64,000 bases of DNA from Octopus sinensis (lineage: Eukaryota). Positions 1 through 12,282 of this stretch are shown here, in pieces; the first letter of the stretch is position 1; each line of letters begins with the position of its first letter. The position numbers and the translations under genes are program-made. The stretch lies in contig NC_043005.1 in the NCBI RefSeq assembly GCF_006345805.1, positions 74,400,001 through 74,464,000 of the forward strand, written 5' to 3'. The notes below the pieces were generated by a model that worked only from the letters and a program-made list of their open reading frames with translations, did not search any database and was not told the DNA's origin.

Positions 1-451
1 AAAAGAATCTCCGCGAATTCAACGAGACTTTATGTTTTCCAAAATGGAGACGAACACCTTTCCTCCATGCGTTCGACTTGAAAAATTATTAAGATACTAG
101 GATAGTTTCCTACTTTTCTTAACATGAAATCAATGGTAGCCTTAATTCACAAATAAAGAAATTTCATCCACCAAACCAGTGTTGAGCACTCACTTTCATC
201 GTTCGACATTCACACACATACACACACACACACATACATTAACATATATATAGATATATAATCGCTTGACAACCAGTGTTCCCGTTATCTAGCAGTTCGG
301 CCAAAGAGGCCGATAAGTACAAGGCTTAAAAAAACAGTATCAGTACTGGAGTCAACACGTTCGACTAAAAATACTTCAAAGCGGTGACTCCCGCATTGCC
401 GCAGTCCAGTGACTGAAACCAGTAAAAGATAAAAAAAATAAAAGATATGTA

Positions 452-1351
452 CAAGGGCTGTTCATTAAAAATTTCCCCTGACTCACTTCTCAAGGATTGA
501 AATAAGCGAAACTTGGCATACTTATTAGTCCTTCTCTACACAGCCATTATGATTAGTGTCATACTTCTCCTGTCACTTAATGCAGCTGTGAAGACTTCGT
601 CGGTAGATGTCAGTAGGTTGCATCCGGAGCCAAGACTTTACCTCGGAAATAAGGTCATTAATTGAAAAGTGCTTCCTTTTCAAAAAAGACTTCATGGTTA
701 GAAAGAGGTGAAAAATGGTGCGAGGTTGGAAGAGTAAAGGGGATGAGGAAGGATTTCATAACCACAAGAGTGTGCTTTCCTCTGGGAGACATGCGCATTG
801 TGAACTGGGACGTTGTCTTAGAGGAGACGGACTCCTTTGGTCAGTATGCCACGCCTCTGTGCTTTGATGGTGTCCCGTAATTTCTGCAGTAGAGAAGCAT
901 AATATGCCCCGTTAACTCAGGTGCCCTTTACCAGAAAATCCATCATCACTACTCCGCGCTGGTCCCAAAAGTCTGTGAGCATCACCTTGCCTGCTGAGCG
1001 TTGGACACGAGGCTTCTTTGGAGGTGATGAGTTATCATACTTACATTGCCTGGGAGCAATTGACTTGTTGCTGCTTCTGACAAGGTGTACGTATCCCTGG
1101 AATCCATTGTGCAGACAACTTCCATATTCTTTTATTCTTTTATTTGTTTCAGTCAATTGACTGCGGCTATGCTGGAGCACCGCCTTTAGTCAAGCAAATC
1201 GACCCCAGGACTTATTGTTTGTAAGCCTAGTACTTATTCTATCGGTCTATCTTGCCGGACCACTAAGTTACGGGGACGTAAACACACCAGCATCGGTTGT
1301 CAAGCGATGTTGGTGGGGACAAACACAAACACACAAACACACACACACACA

Positions 1352-1395
<44 letters not shown>

Positions 1396-2038
1396 TATAT
1401 ACAACGGGCTTCTTTCAGTTTCCGTCTACCAAATCCACTCACAAGGCTTTGGTCGGCCGAAGCTATAGTAGAAGACACTTTCCCAAAGTGCCACGCACTG
1501 GGACTGAACCCGGAACCATGTGGTTCGTAAACAAACTACTTACCACACAGCCACTGTGCAAATGATCGTGAATGATTTTTTCCACGGATCCTAAACTTAT
1601 TTTCACTTCTTGGACTAGTTACCGAATAATTATGCGGTGATCCTCCAAAATGGCGGCTTCCAATTTATGGACGGTGTTATCATCAATGTGGTCGTCTATG
1701 AATAGGAGCAGTTTCCACCTATGTTCAACCGTATTTGAACTGGTGATATCAGTGCTAGCTACGTCGTATGATGGTGCATCGTCGCCATAATTTTCTTTCG
1801 TCTCATCGAATGTCTCTTTTGGTGTACGACCTTTCAAGTATAAGAACATGATCACTGATCTACATTCAACTGCCTCCATTATAACACTTTTGTCCGCTTC
1901 AGCAACCGTAAATAACAAACGAATACTAGCGGAAAGCTGCAATTTACGATGTGACATGTAGAGACTTGTATGATTATACCTGCACAAGTTCCGTTTCTTG
2001 CAATAACCGGAAGTGAGTTAGGGAAAATCTATCCTCAG
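452..2038 (-). mobile_element. Decayed mariner (Tc1/mariner) DNA transposon, interrupted by a SINE at about 1127-1556
   Basis: Minus-strand pieces: N-terminal MEAVECRSVIMFLYLKGRTPKETFDETKENYGDDAPSY (1619-1987 ORF) and catalytic region KPRVQRSAGKVMLTDFWDQRGVVMMDFL followed by LLxDNVPVH. Related termini TTTCCCCTGACTCACTTC (left) and TTTTCCCTAACTCACTTC (right, reverse complement); TA at both ends. Confidence 0.85.
1127..1556 (-). mobile_element. SINE family A (tRNA head, CORE-like box, internal (TA)n/(CA)n); about 20 copies in the window
   Basis: Family head GGAGTGGCTGTGTGG...GGTTCCGGGTTCAGTCCC and CORE-like GGCACCTTGGGCAAGTGTCTT (degenerate in this copy), then a microsatellite spacer and a tail ending GCAGTCAA(A/T)TGACTGAAAC; repeated throughout the window. 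Confidence 0.85.
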
Positions 2039-3015
2039 TATATATATATATACATATATACATACATACACACATAGGCAAACGCGTATGTAAGCAATAT
2101 ATATATGAGTAATATATGAGTACACATACGGTATATCTGGTAGTTGCTGCATGGATACAAATTTATAGGAGAATGAAATTAATCTGATAAATAGTTCATT
2201 CATTATCTTTTTATATCCAAAGTATTTTGCTTATTCTAATGCATGAATATATGTGAGTGATTGTGTACATGTGTGGATGCGTGAGTCTTTTGTATATGCG
2301 ATACTGTGTACAACTTAATGCAATCCTGTATTTAGGTTAGATTTTCGAGCAAATATCTGCATATTTTACATAGTTTACTGTTATCAATTTATTTTATCAT
2401 AAAAAAATCCCCTCTTTCTACTCAATTTTATGATATATTAACACTACGCGCACGCAGTGCAATATAATCCGTATAAACTAAATGTATGGCATCGTATTTT
2501 TCTAAAGATTGCTACCATGCGTTTTTCCGCTTTGGCTATATTTATTATATAATGGCATTTAGTGAACTCGATGAATGATGCTCAAATGGTTTCAAGATAA
2601 AACACTAAAGTGCATGGTTTTTCTTGTTGCTGTTGATTTTTGAAATTGTGTTGGCTCAGGTGACCTCTGATTAAACAAACATCTGGTATGCAGGTAATCG
2701 ATCGCACGGTTAAGCCTGGCCTACAAATGTCGTCCACATTTGGAGTTGGAACTCTTGTTTCTCTGTGTGTTGAACTCATAGCGTTCGTTCGGCATTCAAA
2801 TCGTGACCTTCTTGCCTCCATTTTCCAAATATTATAATCAAAGACTACAGCATGGCCATCAGATTAAGAAGCTCACTTAGCAATAACGGGATTTCAAGTG
2901 TAGTCTTACTACACAGCACCTTGGGCATGTGACTTCTGCTATAGCTCCGGACCGACCAATGCCTAATAAAGGAATTTAGTAGGGGGAAATTGTGCGGACG
3001 CCTTTTGCATATATA

Positions 3016-3051
<36 letters not shown>

Positions 3052-3152
3052 AAGCCCTTTGCATATATATATATGTGTGTGTGTGTGTATGTGTGTGTAT
3101 GTGTGGAAAACCTTTGCATATATATATGTGTGTGTGTGTATGTGTGTGAGTG

Positions 3153-3416
3153 TGGAGGCGCGTGGCTTAGCGGTTAGGGTGTCAGCAGCATGATCGTAAG
3201 ATTGTGGTTTCGATTCCTGGACCGGTCGACGCGTTGTGTTCTTGAGCAAAACACTTCATTTCACGTTGCTCCAGTCACACTCAGCTGGCAAAAATGACTA
3301 ACGCTTCGATGGTCTGGCGCCCCGTCCACCTGGGGAACACATACGCCACTGAAACCAGGAAACCGGGCCCATGAGCCTGGCTAGGCTTTAAAAAGGGCGC
3401 ATCTATTTTGTATGTG
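3153..3416 (+). mobile_element. SINE family C (tRNA head)
   Basis: A-box-like TGGCTTAGCGG and B-box-like GGTTTCGATTCC; near-identical inverted copy at 55200-55460. Confidence 0.8.
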
Positions 3417-4237
3417 TGTGTTTGTTTGTCTTGTATTTGTGTTTGTCTCCCACCATCGCTTGATACTTAATGTTGGTTTGTTTATATCCCCGTAATTCAG
3501 GAGTTCGGCAAAAGATCAATAGAATAATTACGAAACTAAGAAAAATAATTATCAGGGTCAGTTTTTTCAACTATGCTCGTTACTGTAGTGCCCCAGCATG
3601 GTCACAGTCCCATGACTGAAATGAGTAAAACAAAGGATAAAAGATAGCCGAATGGTCAAGAAGTTATCTTCGCAATGACATGGTTCGATCCCACTGCATT
3701 GGAGTCTTGGACCAGTGTCTTTTATCATAACCTCGGGTGAACATAGGTCCTGCGAGTGGAACTGAGTCAAAGAAAACTGTGAGGAGGCCTAATGGATGGA
3801 TTATATTTGCAATTTTGAAGAGCCAGCATATCGTTCAGGGTGTCTTACTGGCCCAAGCGGGGAATTACGTTACTGTGGAGTACTCAACCAATCAACGCTA
3901 ATTCAGTGAACAGGTAACTCGGTTAATGAAACAACTGATTAATCACCGTCGAAATCGACGGAAACCCATAATTTACTTTATCTCTTACTTGCTTCAGTCA
4001 TTAGACTGCAGCCATGCTGGGGCGGCTTTTTGAATTTTTAGTCGAATGAATCACCCCCCCCCAACGAACTTACTTTTTTTAAAAGCCTGGTACTTATTCT
4101 ATCAGTTTGTTTTGCCGAACCGCTAAGTTACGAAGACCTAAACACATATCAGCACCGGTTCTCAAGCGGTGGCTTCGGACAAACACAGACACAAATACAC
4201 ACATATACACAAGCACACACACACACACACACACACA

Positions 4238-4468
4238 CGTGGTCTGATCAATAAGTATCCGTACTGTTGCCATAGTAACTAAAGTGCGCAGGATGACACC
4301 GCTTGGCACAGATTGACTTTGAACCCTTGCTGTGCATGCGCACTAAGTTTTAACAATCTACCTCACTTCCGCTGTTTAGAGCAGTGCTTGGAAGAAAGGT
4401 GTGTAGCGCGTGACTGTAGCATTAACCATAACAAAGTTGAACAGAGAATCAACATCAAAATTTGCCCG
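4238..4468 (+). mobile_element. Mariner 5' end fragment (TIR and start of transposase)
   Basis: Starts ACGTGGTCTGATCAATAAGTATCCG (mariner-like TIR) and ends in KVEQRINIKIC, the typical mariner N-terminal EQRxNIKFC motif. Confidence 0.6.
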
Positions 4469-4882
4469 TCGTATATAGATATATATATATGTGTGTGTGT
4501 GTGCGTGTGTGTGTGTGTGTGCGTGTATGTGTGTGCGTGTGTGTGTCTGTGTTTGTGTGTCTGTGTTTGTCCCTCAACATCGCTTGACAACCGATGCTGG
4601 TGTGTTTGTGTCCCCGTAACTTAGCGGTTCGACAAAAGAGATCGATAGCATAAGTACAAGGCTTACAAAGAATAAGTCCTGGGGTCATGGGCTTCTTTCG
4701 GTTTCTGTCTACCAAATCCACTCATTAGACCTTGGTGGGCCCAAGACTATAGTAGAAGACACTTGCCCAAGGTGCCACTCAGTGCGACTGAACCCGTAAG
4801 TATTTGCTTAGGAAGCAAGCTTCTTACCGCACAGCCACACCTGCGTCTAGTTTATTGAGCATATTCGCATTTTTTTAACACG

Positions 4883-5282
4883 GTATTCTTTTATTCTTTT
4901 ATTCATTTACTTGTTTCAGTCATTTGACTGCGGCCATGCTGGAGCACTGCCTTTATTCAAGCAAATCGATCCCGGGACTTATTCTTTGTAAGCCCAGTGC
5001 TTATTCTATCGGTCTATTTTGCCGAACCGCTAAACACACCAGCATCGGTTGTCAAGCAATGCTAGGGGGACAAACACAGACATACAAACACACACACGCA
5101 CATATATATATACATATATACGACAGGCTTCTTTCAGTTTCCGTCTACCAAACCCACTAACAAGGCATTGGTCGGCCCGGGGCTATAGCAGAAGACACTT
5201 GCCCAAGGTGCCACGCAGTGGGACTGAACCCGGAACCATGTGGTTGGTTAGCAAGCTACTTACCACACAGCCACTCCTGCGC
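4883..5282 (-). mobile_element. SINE family A copy
   Basis: Same head, CORE-like box and tail as 1127-1556. Confidence 0.85.
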
Positions 5283-5672
5283 CAGATTTGGGTGCTAATT
5301 GTAACAGGTACGGCGTACAAGTTCTTTCGTAGGTACAGAAACGGTACCTATGTTATTATAATGGATATTACAAATACTCGAATGGTGTCTGATATCTCCA
5401 TAGAGATCTGATTACTCTAAAAAGGCAGGTGATTTCTTTCTGATATCAATGTACAAACAAAACCTGACAGGTGAACCACTCAACCGCATGGCACTCGTCA
5501 TTCTCACCTTTCGCGAAATTTACTGAGAGTGAGAAATTTACTAATAGTTCTGACAACAAAAATAGCAACAACAACGGCACCAGCAACAATAATAATAGGA
5601 ATCTTCTATCTTCCACTTGTTCCAGTTATTGTAAAACGGCTACGCTGAGATATCGTCCGGAAGGGTTTTACA

Positions 5673-5878
5673 TTTTACTTGTTTCAGTCATTTGACTGTG
5701 GCCATGCTGGAGCAACGCCTTTAGTCGAGCAAATCCTCCTCAGGACTTATTCTTTGTAAGCCTAGTACTTATTCTATCGGTCTGTTTTGCCGAACCGCTA
5801 AGTTACGGGGACGTAAACACACCAGCATCGGTTGTCAAGCGATGTTGGGAGGGGAGGACAAACACAGACACACAAACG

Positions 5879-5927
<49 letters not shown>

Positions 5928-6100
5928 ATATACATATATACGACGGGCTTCTTTCAGTTTCCGTCTACTAAATCCACTCACAAGGCTTAGTCGCCCCGAG
6001 GCTATAGTAGAAGACACTTGCCCAAGGTGCCACGCAGTAAGACTGAACCCGGAACCATGTGATTGGTAAGCAAGCTACTTACCACACAACCACTCCTACA
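5673..6100 (-). mobile_element. SINE family A copy
   Basis: Full head-microsatellite-tail structure. Confidence 0.85.
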
Positions 6101-6242
6101 CCTATTGTTTTGTCAAACAAATCGACCCGAGGGTATTTGTCTTTAAGTATCATACTTAAACCTGTCAGTCTGTTGTACTGAACCGCTATCTTACAGGGCC
6201 TTAAACAAGCTAAGTGGTCAAGTGGTGGTGGGACACAGATAT

Positions 6243-6309
<67 letters not shown>

Positions 6310-6429
6310 TATACGATGGGCTTCCACACAGATTCTGCCAACTAAATTCACCCACAAGCCATTGGTCGGTTCGGATCTATCGTAGAAAACATTTTACCCA
6401 AGGTGCTGCGCAACGGTATTGAACCTGAA

Positions 6430-6661
6430 GGCGGCGAGCTGGCAGGAAACGTTAGCACGCCGGGCGAAATGTTTAGCGGTATTTCGTCTGCCGTTACGTT
6501 GTGAGTTCAAATTCCGCTGAGGTCGACTTTGTCTTTCATCCTTTCGGGGTCGATAAATTAAGTACCAGTTACGCACTGGGGTCGATGTAATCGACTTAAT
6601 ACCTATGTCTGTCCTTGTTTGTCCCCTCTGTGTTTAGCCCCTTGTGAGTAATAAAGAAATA
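6430..6661 (+). mobile_element. SINE family B (tRNA head, Deu/Nin-like central box) monomer with 15-bp TSD, nested in a SINE A
   Basis: GGCGGCGAGCTGGCAG head, GAGTTCAAATTCC B box, central CTTTCATCCTTTCGGGGTCGATAAATTAAGTACCAG; direct repeat GGTATTGAACCTGAA at 6415-6429 and 6662-6676. Confidence 0.85.
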
Positions 6662-8005
6662 GGTATTGAACCTGAAACAACGAGGTTACACAACGAGCTT
6701 CTTAACCGTATGGCCATACCAACGCCTAATAAACGAGTTTTCTGACCTGCAGCCAGTTGTGCACTTGGTAACATTGCCGGAGCAATGGAATTTCTCAGCT
6801 GATATATGTATGTATGTCGCTCAGGCAAGAAGACACTGTCCTCGTCATACGCTTCAACCAGGTTATCTGCTTTTCATTGAGATCACTTACATTCAGACAT
6901 TTTTATTGATCACCACGCTAAAAAAATTAAAGTTATTTTTGTTTTTGACAAGTTAATTATATTATTAGTTTGCTTGTAATAGTTTCGACATTTGCTTGTT
7001 TGGTGTTAATTTTCTTTTCCTTTTTTCGTTTGTCTTATTTTACAATCTGCATTAATTTTTTGTCACTCGATTTTATCAAGAAGTGTATTTGCGTAGATTA
7101 GTGTTTACTACCACTATAGCAAACACCTCTCACTGCTTTCCATTAGGACGAAGCCATTCTGTATTTTTAGCAAAGGTTCTTGAAGGAATATGAAAACATC
7201 AGGATGATGATGATAACAATAACAATAATAATTATTTGTTTTATTTCGTACAGTTCGTTCATCCATGCAAAATATTAAGCGTTAGAAAATGTGTGGGTTT
7301 CGAAAAACAAAAGTTATATAAAATGAAAGGGCGTGTGAGGATGAAAAATTCGTGTGAAAAAAATGGACAGATATAAATAACTATAAAAGAAAGCAATAAA
7401 ACAACATATTTAGGAATTTCGCCGGCGTGGCTGTGTGGTAAAAAGTGTAGTTCTCAACCAAATGGTTCAGGATTCAGTCCCACTGCGTAACACCTCGGAC
7501 AAGTGTTTTCTATGGCCTTGGGCCGACAGAAGCCTTGTGAATGGATTTCGTAGACGGAAATTGAAGTGCACCATTTATCACAGGAATAATTGCTATCTTG
7601 TGAGGGCGCATGGCTCACCGGTTAGAGCATCTGGCTTACAAACGAGAGATTTTGAGTTCAATTCCCAGGCCGGACAGTGTGCTGTGTTCTTGAGCGAGAC
7701 ACTTTATTTCACGTTGTTCCTGATCACTCATTTTTGGAAATGGGTTGCAATGCCACTGGTGCCAAGCTGTATCGACCTTTGCTTTTTCCTTGGACCACAT
7801 CGATGGCGTGGAGAGAGTTGACTGCTATGCACGGCCAACAGCTGGTCTTCTGCAAACAATCTTACCCGGACTTGTTTCTCGGAGGGGAACTTTCTAATTG
7901 CAACCCCATAGTCATTCGAGACCGAAGGGAGTCTTAACCCTTAATTGTTGTCTTATGCTTCTGCAGGATCTCCAGTTCTCTGGCTAGACTTTGATATTTC
8001 TAAAT

Positions 8006-8226
8006 TTCTTCTTCTTCTTCTTCTTGTTCTTCTTCTTGTTCTTCTTCTTCTCTTCTTCTTCTTCTTCTTCTTCTTCTTCTTCTTCTTCTTCTTCTTCTTC
8101 TTCTTCTGCTTCTTCTCTTCTCTTCTTGTTTTCTTTTTTTCTTCTTCTTTCTTCTTCTTCTTCTTCTTCTTCTCTTCTTCTTCTTGTTCTTCTTGTTCTT
8201 GTTCTTTCTTGTTGTTGTTCTTCTTC
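8006..8226. repeat. (CTT/GAA)n-rich polypyrimidine tract of about 220 bp
   Basis: Directly visible; source of the poly-F/S/L/R/K pseudo-ORFs. Confidence 0.95.
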
Positions 8227-8424
8227 TCGTTAACACGCTGGACGAAATGCTTAGCTGTATTTCGCCCCGTCGCTACGTTCTGAGTTCAAATTCCGGCGAG
8301 GTCAACTTGGCCGTTCATCCTTTCAGGGTCGATTAAATAAGTACCAGTTACGCATTGGGGCCGATGTAATCGACTTAATCCCTTCCCCCAAATATCAGGC
8401 CTATAGTAGAAAGGATTATTATTA

Positions 8425-8462
<38 letters not shown>

Positions 8463-8463
<1 letters not shown>

Positions 8464-9090
8464 TATGTTTGACTTTTGCTTTATATTTGTACAAGTTGGC
8501 TCCAAGTCTCACCCAGAGACCTCAAGAGACAACAGGTTGGAAGTTCATGTTGTTGTTATGCCTAGTGTGCCATATATTTTTTTTGGGGGGGGAGTGTTGT
8601 ACTAATGAATGTCTAAAAAACATTTTTTTTTTTTTTTAAACCGAAAATTATGTTTGTTTTAAACCTTGAGATTACATAGAAAGTATTTTGCGTAGGATAT
8701 GAGCAGTTCCCATGAGCACTATCTTTTGAATTTCTGCCATTTTTGGGTTTCCTGGTATCTGAGTTAGGTAGCTATCAGCCCCTTTTGCTATCATTCCCAG
8801 GGCACCTATGACAACAGGTATGTTTTTGTTAGTCTTCAGGTTCCACATTTTGCTGATTTCTATTTCAAGATCTTTATATTTGCTCAGTTTTTGGTAGGTC
8901 TTGACAGATACGTTTATATCGAATGGGACAGTCATGTCAATGAGGAGGCATGTTCTTTGTTTGAAGTCTTTCAATATGATGTCTGGCCTATTTGCATCTA
9001 TCTTTCTGTCAGTTTGAATGGTGAAGTTCCAGAGGAGTGAGATGTGGTCATTTTCAAGCACTGGGGGTGGTCTGTGTTCCCACCAGTTTT
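8463..9090 (-). mobile_element. 5'-truncated young Dong/R4-type LINE (endonuclease C-terminus and 3' UTR) inside a (TAA)n array
   Basis: ORF 8672-9061 contains RPDIILKDFKQRTCLLIDMTVPFD...KLSKYKDL (PD-(D/E)xK restriction-like endonuclease); nearly identical to 35091-35764; flanked by (ATT)n at 8417-8462 and 9091-9134. Confidence 0.92.
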
Positions 9091-9103
9091 ATTATTGTTA
9101 TTA

Positions 9104-9134
<31 letters not shown>

Positions 9135-9135
9135 G

Positions 9136-9827
9136 GAGTGAGAGAGCAGTTCATGCCATCAAAATGACACTGGGGTAAAATATACGAAGCCCAATATACC
9201 CATCATGACTACCCGTCTGATAAGAGTACACCAGGCACATGCATCACAACCATATGTGCGCAACATGGTGATCTCATATCAAGATAAACAGCACATGACC
9301 TTGCAGGTGGGGCCCAGTTAGAATTTTCTTCAGGTTGAGTAGCCCATCCCGCTCAAAATGTCCCTGAATAGGGGTTGTTTAAGGATGTTGAAAGAACCAC
9401 CCATGTTTCCAGAGGTGAATTATTCAAACCCCAAAGAATCCCTCTCAACACATGCTATGATGCTCCCCCACTACTTCTGCTCGTGATCAGAGATGCACAT
9501 ATCGTCAGCCACTAAGGGACTGCTCAACTGGTAAGGTCAAACACTGACAAGCAAATCTGTGGTATTGAGCAGAATATTGCTGTCAATACGACTGTACATG
9601 ATCACACTTCCAATCAGTTAAGATCAGAAGCATGACCACTGCCTGGTACTGATCAGGCATAGATGCACTACTTCTGCTCGTGATCAGAGATGCACATATC
9701 GTAGCTAAGGGACATGCTCAACTGGTTAAGTCAGATGCAATCTGTGGTATTGAGCAGAATATTTGCTGTAGCCCATCTTTTTGATGCTCCCCCACTACTT
9801 CTGCTCGTGATCAGAGATGCACATATC
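9136..9827 (-). mobile_element. ~555-bp TAA-targeted non-coding element, copy 1 (with extra rearranged segments at its 5' side)
   Basis: Matches 21409-21963 from 9136 to 9660; 9661-9827 repeats internal pieces; flanked by (ATT)n on both sides. Confidence 0.8.
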
Positions 9828-9860
<33 letters not shown>

Positions 9861-10673
9861 CATCATCATTTTGTAAAGTTTTTCTTTAGTAGCTTTCTGC
9901 ATGTTCCTACTGCACATTTAGTGCACCTCCGTTCTCCTGAGGTTTGTGGAGCATTGTATTTATAATTTTATGGGGATTGTGCGTGCATAGGCATCTCCTG
10001 TTAGTTTACTGTCCTTGTTTGTTTTGTTATGGGGCTTGGTTTCTTGTTTCTTGTTATATCAGTGCATGCTATGTTATGCATGGTGGTGTGTGTAATATGA
10101 GTTGTGTTATTTTATCGGGCCTTAATCTTGTCTAGTAGACGTTGCACTTGTGTTGTTTTAGATTATTAGATACTTGTTGAAAAGAATGTTTGTTGTTTAT
10201 GAAGATTGTTCTTTTTGAACAATTCGACTGAATCTTGAACTATTCTATTGAATTGGTAGTATTTTTCACAAGACGTAGGTTGTTCTTAACAGCAATATTT
10301 TGGAGGGCAGCAGCAGAAAAAAATTATCTCTCTTGTGAGCCCTGGTATGGCTTCTATGCTTCTTCTCCTATGCTTTTTTAAAGGCCCGATGCTCCAATAG
10401 TGGTATTGTTTTCACCCTCATTCCCTACATATTGAATCTTTCAAATTCAAGGTCACTACTACTGTTCGGGTAATATTTTCAACAGAACGGATTGCGATGT
10501 CTGTCAGAGTGCATGTTTTGTTTTTTAGTCTTTATTATTATGTCTGAGGGGTTCAGCTTGATATCTTTGTCAGTTTACCCAGATAACTTTAGTCAGAATG
10601 TAATCATGTACTCGTGTTCGGTATATGCTTGTGACACTTAAAATTTATTTTCCCAAAAAAACATTTCCATAGT

Positions 10674-11070
10674 TATTTCTTTATTGCCCACAAGGGGCTG
10701 AACACAGAGGGAACAAACAAGGACAGACAAAGGGATTAAGTCGATTGCATCGACCCCAGTGCGTAACTGGTACTTAATTTATCGACCCCGAAAGGATGAA
10801 AGGCAATGTCGACCTCGGCGGAATTTGAACTCAGAACGTAACGGCAGACGAAATGCCTATTTCTTTACTGCCCACAAGGTGCTACATACAGAGGGGACAA
10901 ACAAGGACAGACAAAGGGATTAAGTCGATTACATCGACCCCAGTGCGCAACTGCATTTAATTTATGGACCCCAATTTGGCGGAATTTGAATTCAGAACGT
11001 AGCCGCAGACGAAATACCACTAAGTAGCATACCGTCTGGTATGCTAACGTTTCTGCCAGCTCGCCGCCCT
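10674..11070 (-). mobile_element. SINE B head-to-tail dimer
   Basis: One head plus two body-tail units joined at GAAATAG|GCATTTCGTCTGCC; TTTCCATAGT on both sides (10664-10673, 11079-11088). Confidence 0.8.
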
Positions 11071-11750
11071 AATTAAAGTTTCCATAGTGCCCACTGGATA
11101 TAGCTGCCAACATGACTATGCTTGTTTATATACTCATATTTGGAAAGAGCTCGGCAACCAAAGATTTTGAGTCCAAGTATCTCAATGTGCCGCCTGCATA
11201 TTCTGCGTTAGATTTTAGGGTCACTTTTCACAATTTTATTTTTATAGTTGTTTATGACCAATATCTTATGCTGCTAGTATCAATCCCTTTTTTTCTGCTT
11301 TTAGACCAGAGCTTCAGAGAACTTGTTAGTTTTTACTTCAGCTTTATCATTCTCTATCGAACCCTGTTGCTTATTGGCCACGGAGTGATTTTTCTCTCCA
11401 TTTCTCGAATATGTTTCGTAATTCTGTCCCCATGTTGTTCTTTTTTCTTTCTTCTTGCTTTTGTCTTTTAACCATTTGTTATCTAAATTTATGGCTCACT
11501 GCAGCCAGTCTCTACATTGAATTTTATCGTTTCCATTTGTATAGAGAAGAGTTTTTATTTGTCTACTCATCCTTCTTTATTACATATATGCATCTTCACT
11601 TCTTTGTTTCTAAGTATTTGTCCAGTCCAACTGGAATTATTTTCTAGAAGTGTTCTATTTGCATAAGGTCACACCCAACTTGTGTGTGAGTGAGATATAT
11701 TCTGTTTATATCTGCTTTGGAATAGTGGCTTCGGTATACTGCCAGTATAT

Positions 11751-12167
11751 GGCGGCGAGCTGGCAGAGACGTCAGCACGCCGGGCGAAATGCTTAGTGGT
11801 ATTTCGTCTGCCGCTACGTTCTGAATTCAAATTCCCCCGAGGTCGACTTTGCCTTTCATCCTTTCGGGGTCGATTAAATAAATACCAGTTATGCACTGGG
11901 GTCGATATAATCGACTTAATCCGTTTGTCTGTCCTTGTTTGTCCTATCTGTGTTTAGCCCCTTGTGGGTAGTAAAGAAATAGGTATTCCGTCTGCCGCTA
12001 CGTTCTGAGTTCAAATTCCGCCAAAGTTGACTTTGCATTTCATTCTTTCGGGGTCGATTAAATAAGTACCAGTTACGCACTGGGGTCGATATATAGTCGA
12101 CTTAATCCGTTTGCCTGTCCTTGTTTGTCCTCTCTGTGTTTAGCCCCTTGTGGGTAATAAAGAAATA
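11751..12167 (+). mobile_element. SINE B head-to-tail dimer within a single 15-bp TSD
   Basis: GGTATACTGCCAGTA at 11733-11747 and 12168-12182; second unit starts at the internal GGTATT(C/T)CGTCTGCC. Confidence 0.85.
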
Positions 12168-12282
12168 GGTATACTGCCAGTAGTTTCCTGATTTTTCTAT
12201 CTCACTTTTCTCAGTTAACCTATGTTTCAGTACTTTGTTTTGAAGCTGTAGTCTATGACTGGATGGCTTGTATGTTTACTCA

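Larger units (their letters stand above)
9870..12275 (-). mobile_element. Old, heavily decayed Dong/R4-type LINE 3' half, interrupted by two SINE B dimers
   Basis: Manual minus-strand translation gives DRKIRKLL, PKADINRIYL, VGLDKYLE, SSGLKAE, KNKTCTLTDIAI and ALQNIAV, colinear with the Dong ORF at 33768-35503; 3' end runs into GATGATGATAATAATAAT. Confidence 0.7.
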
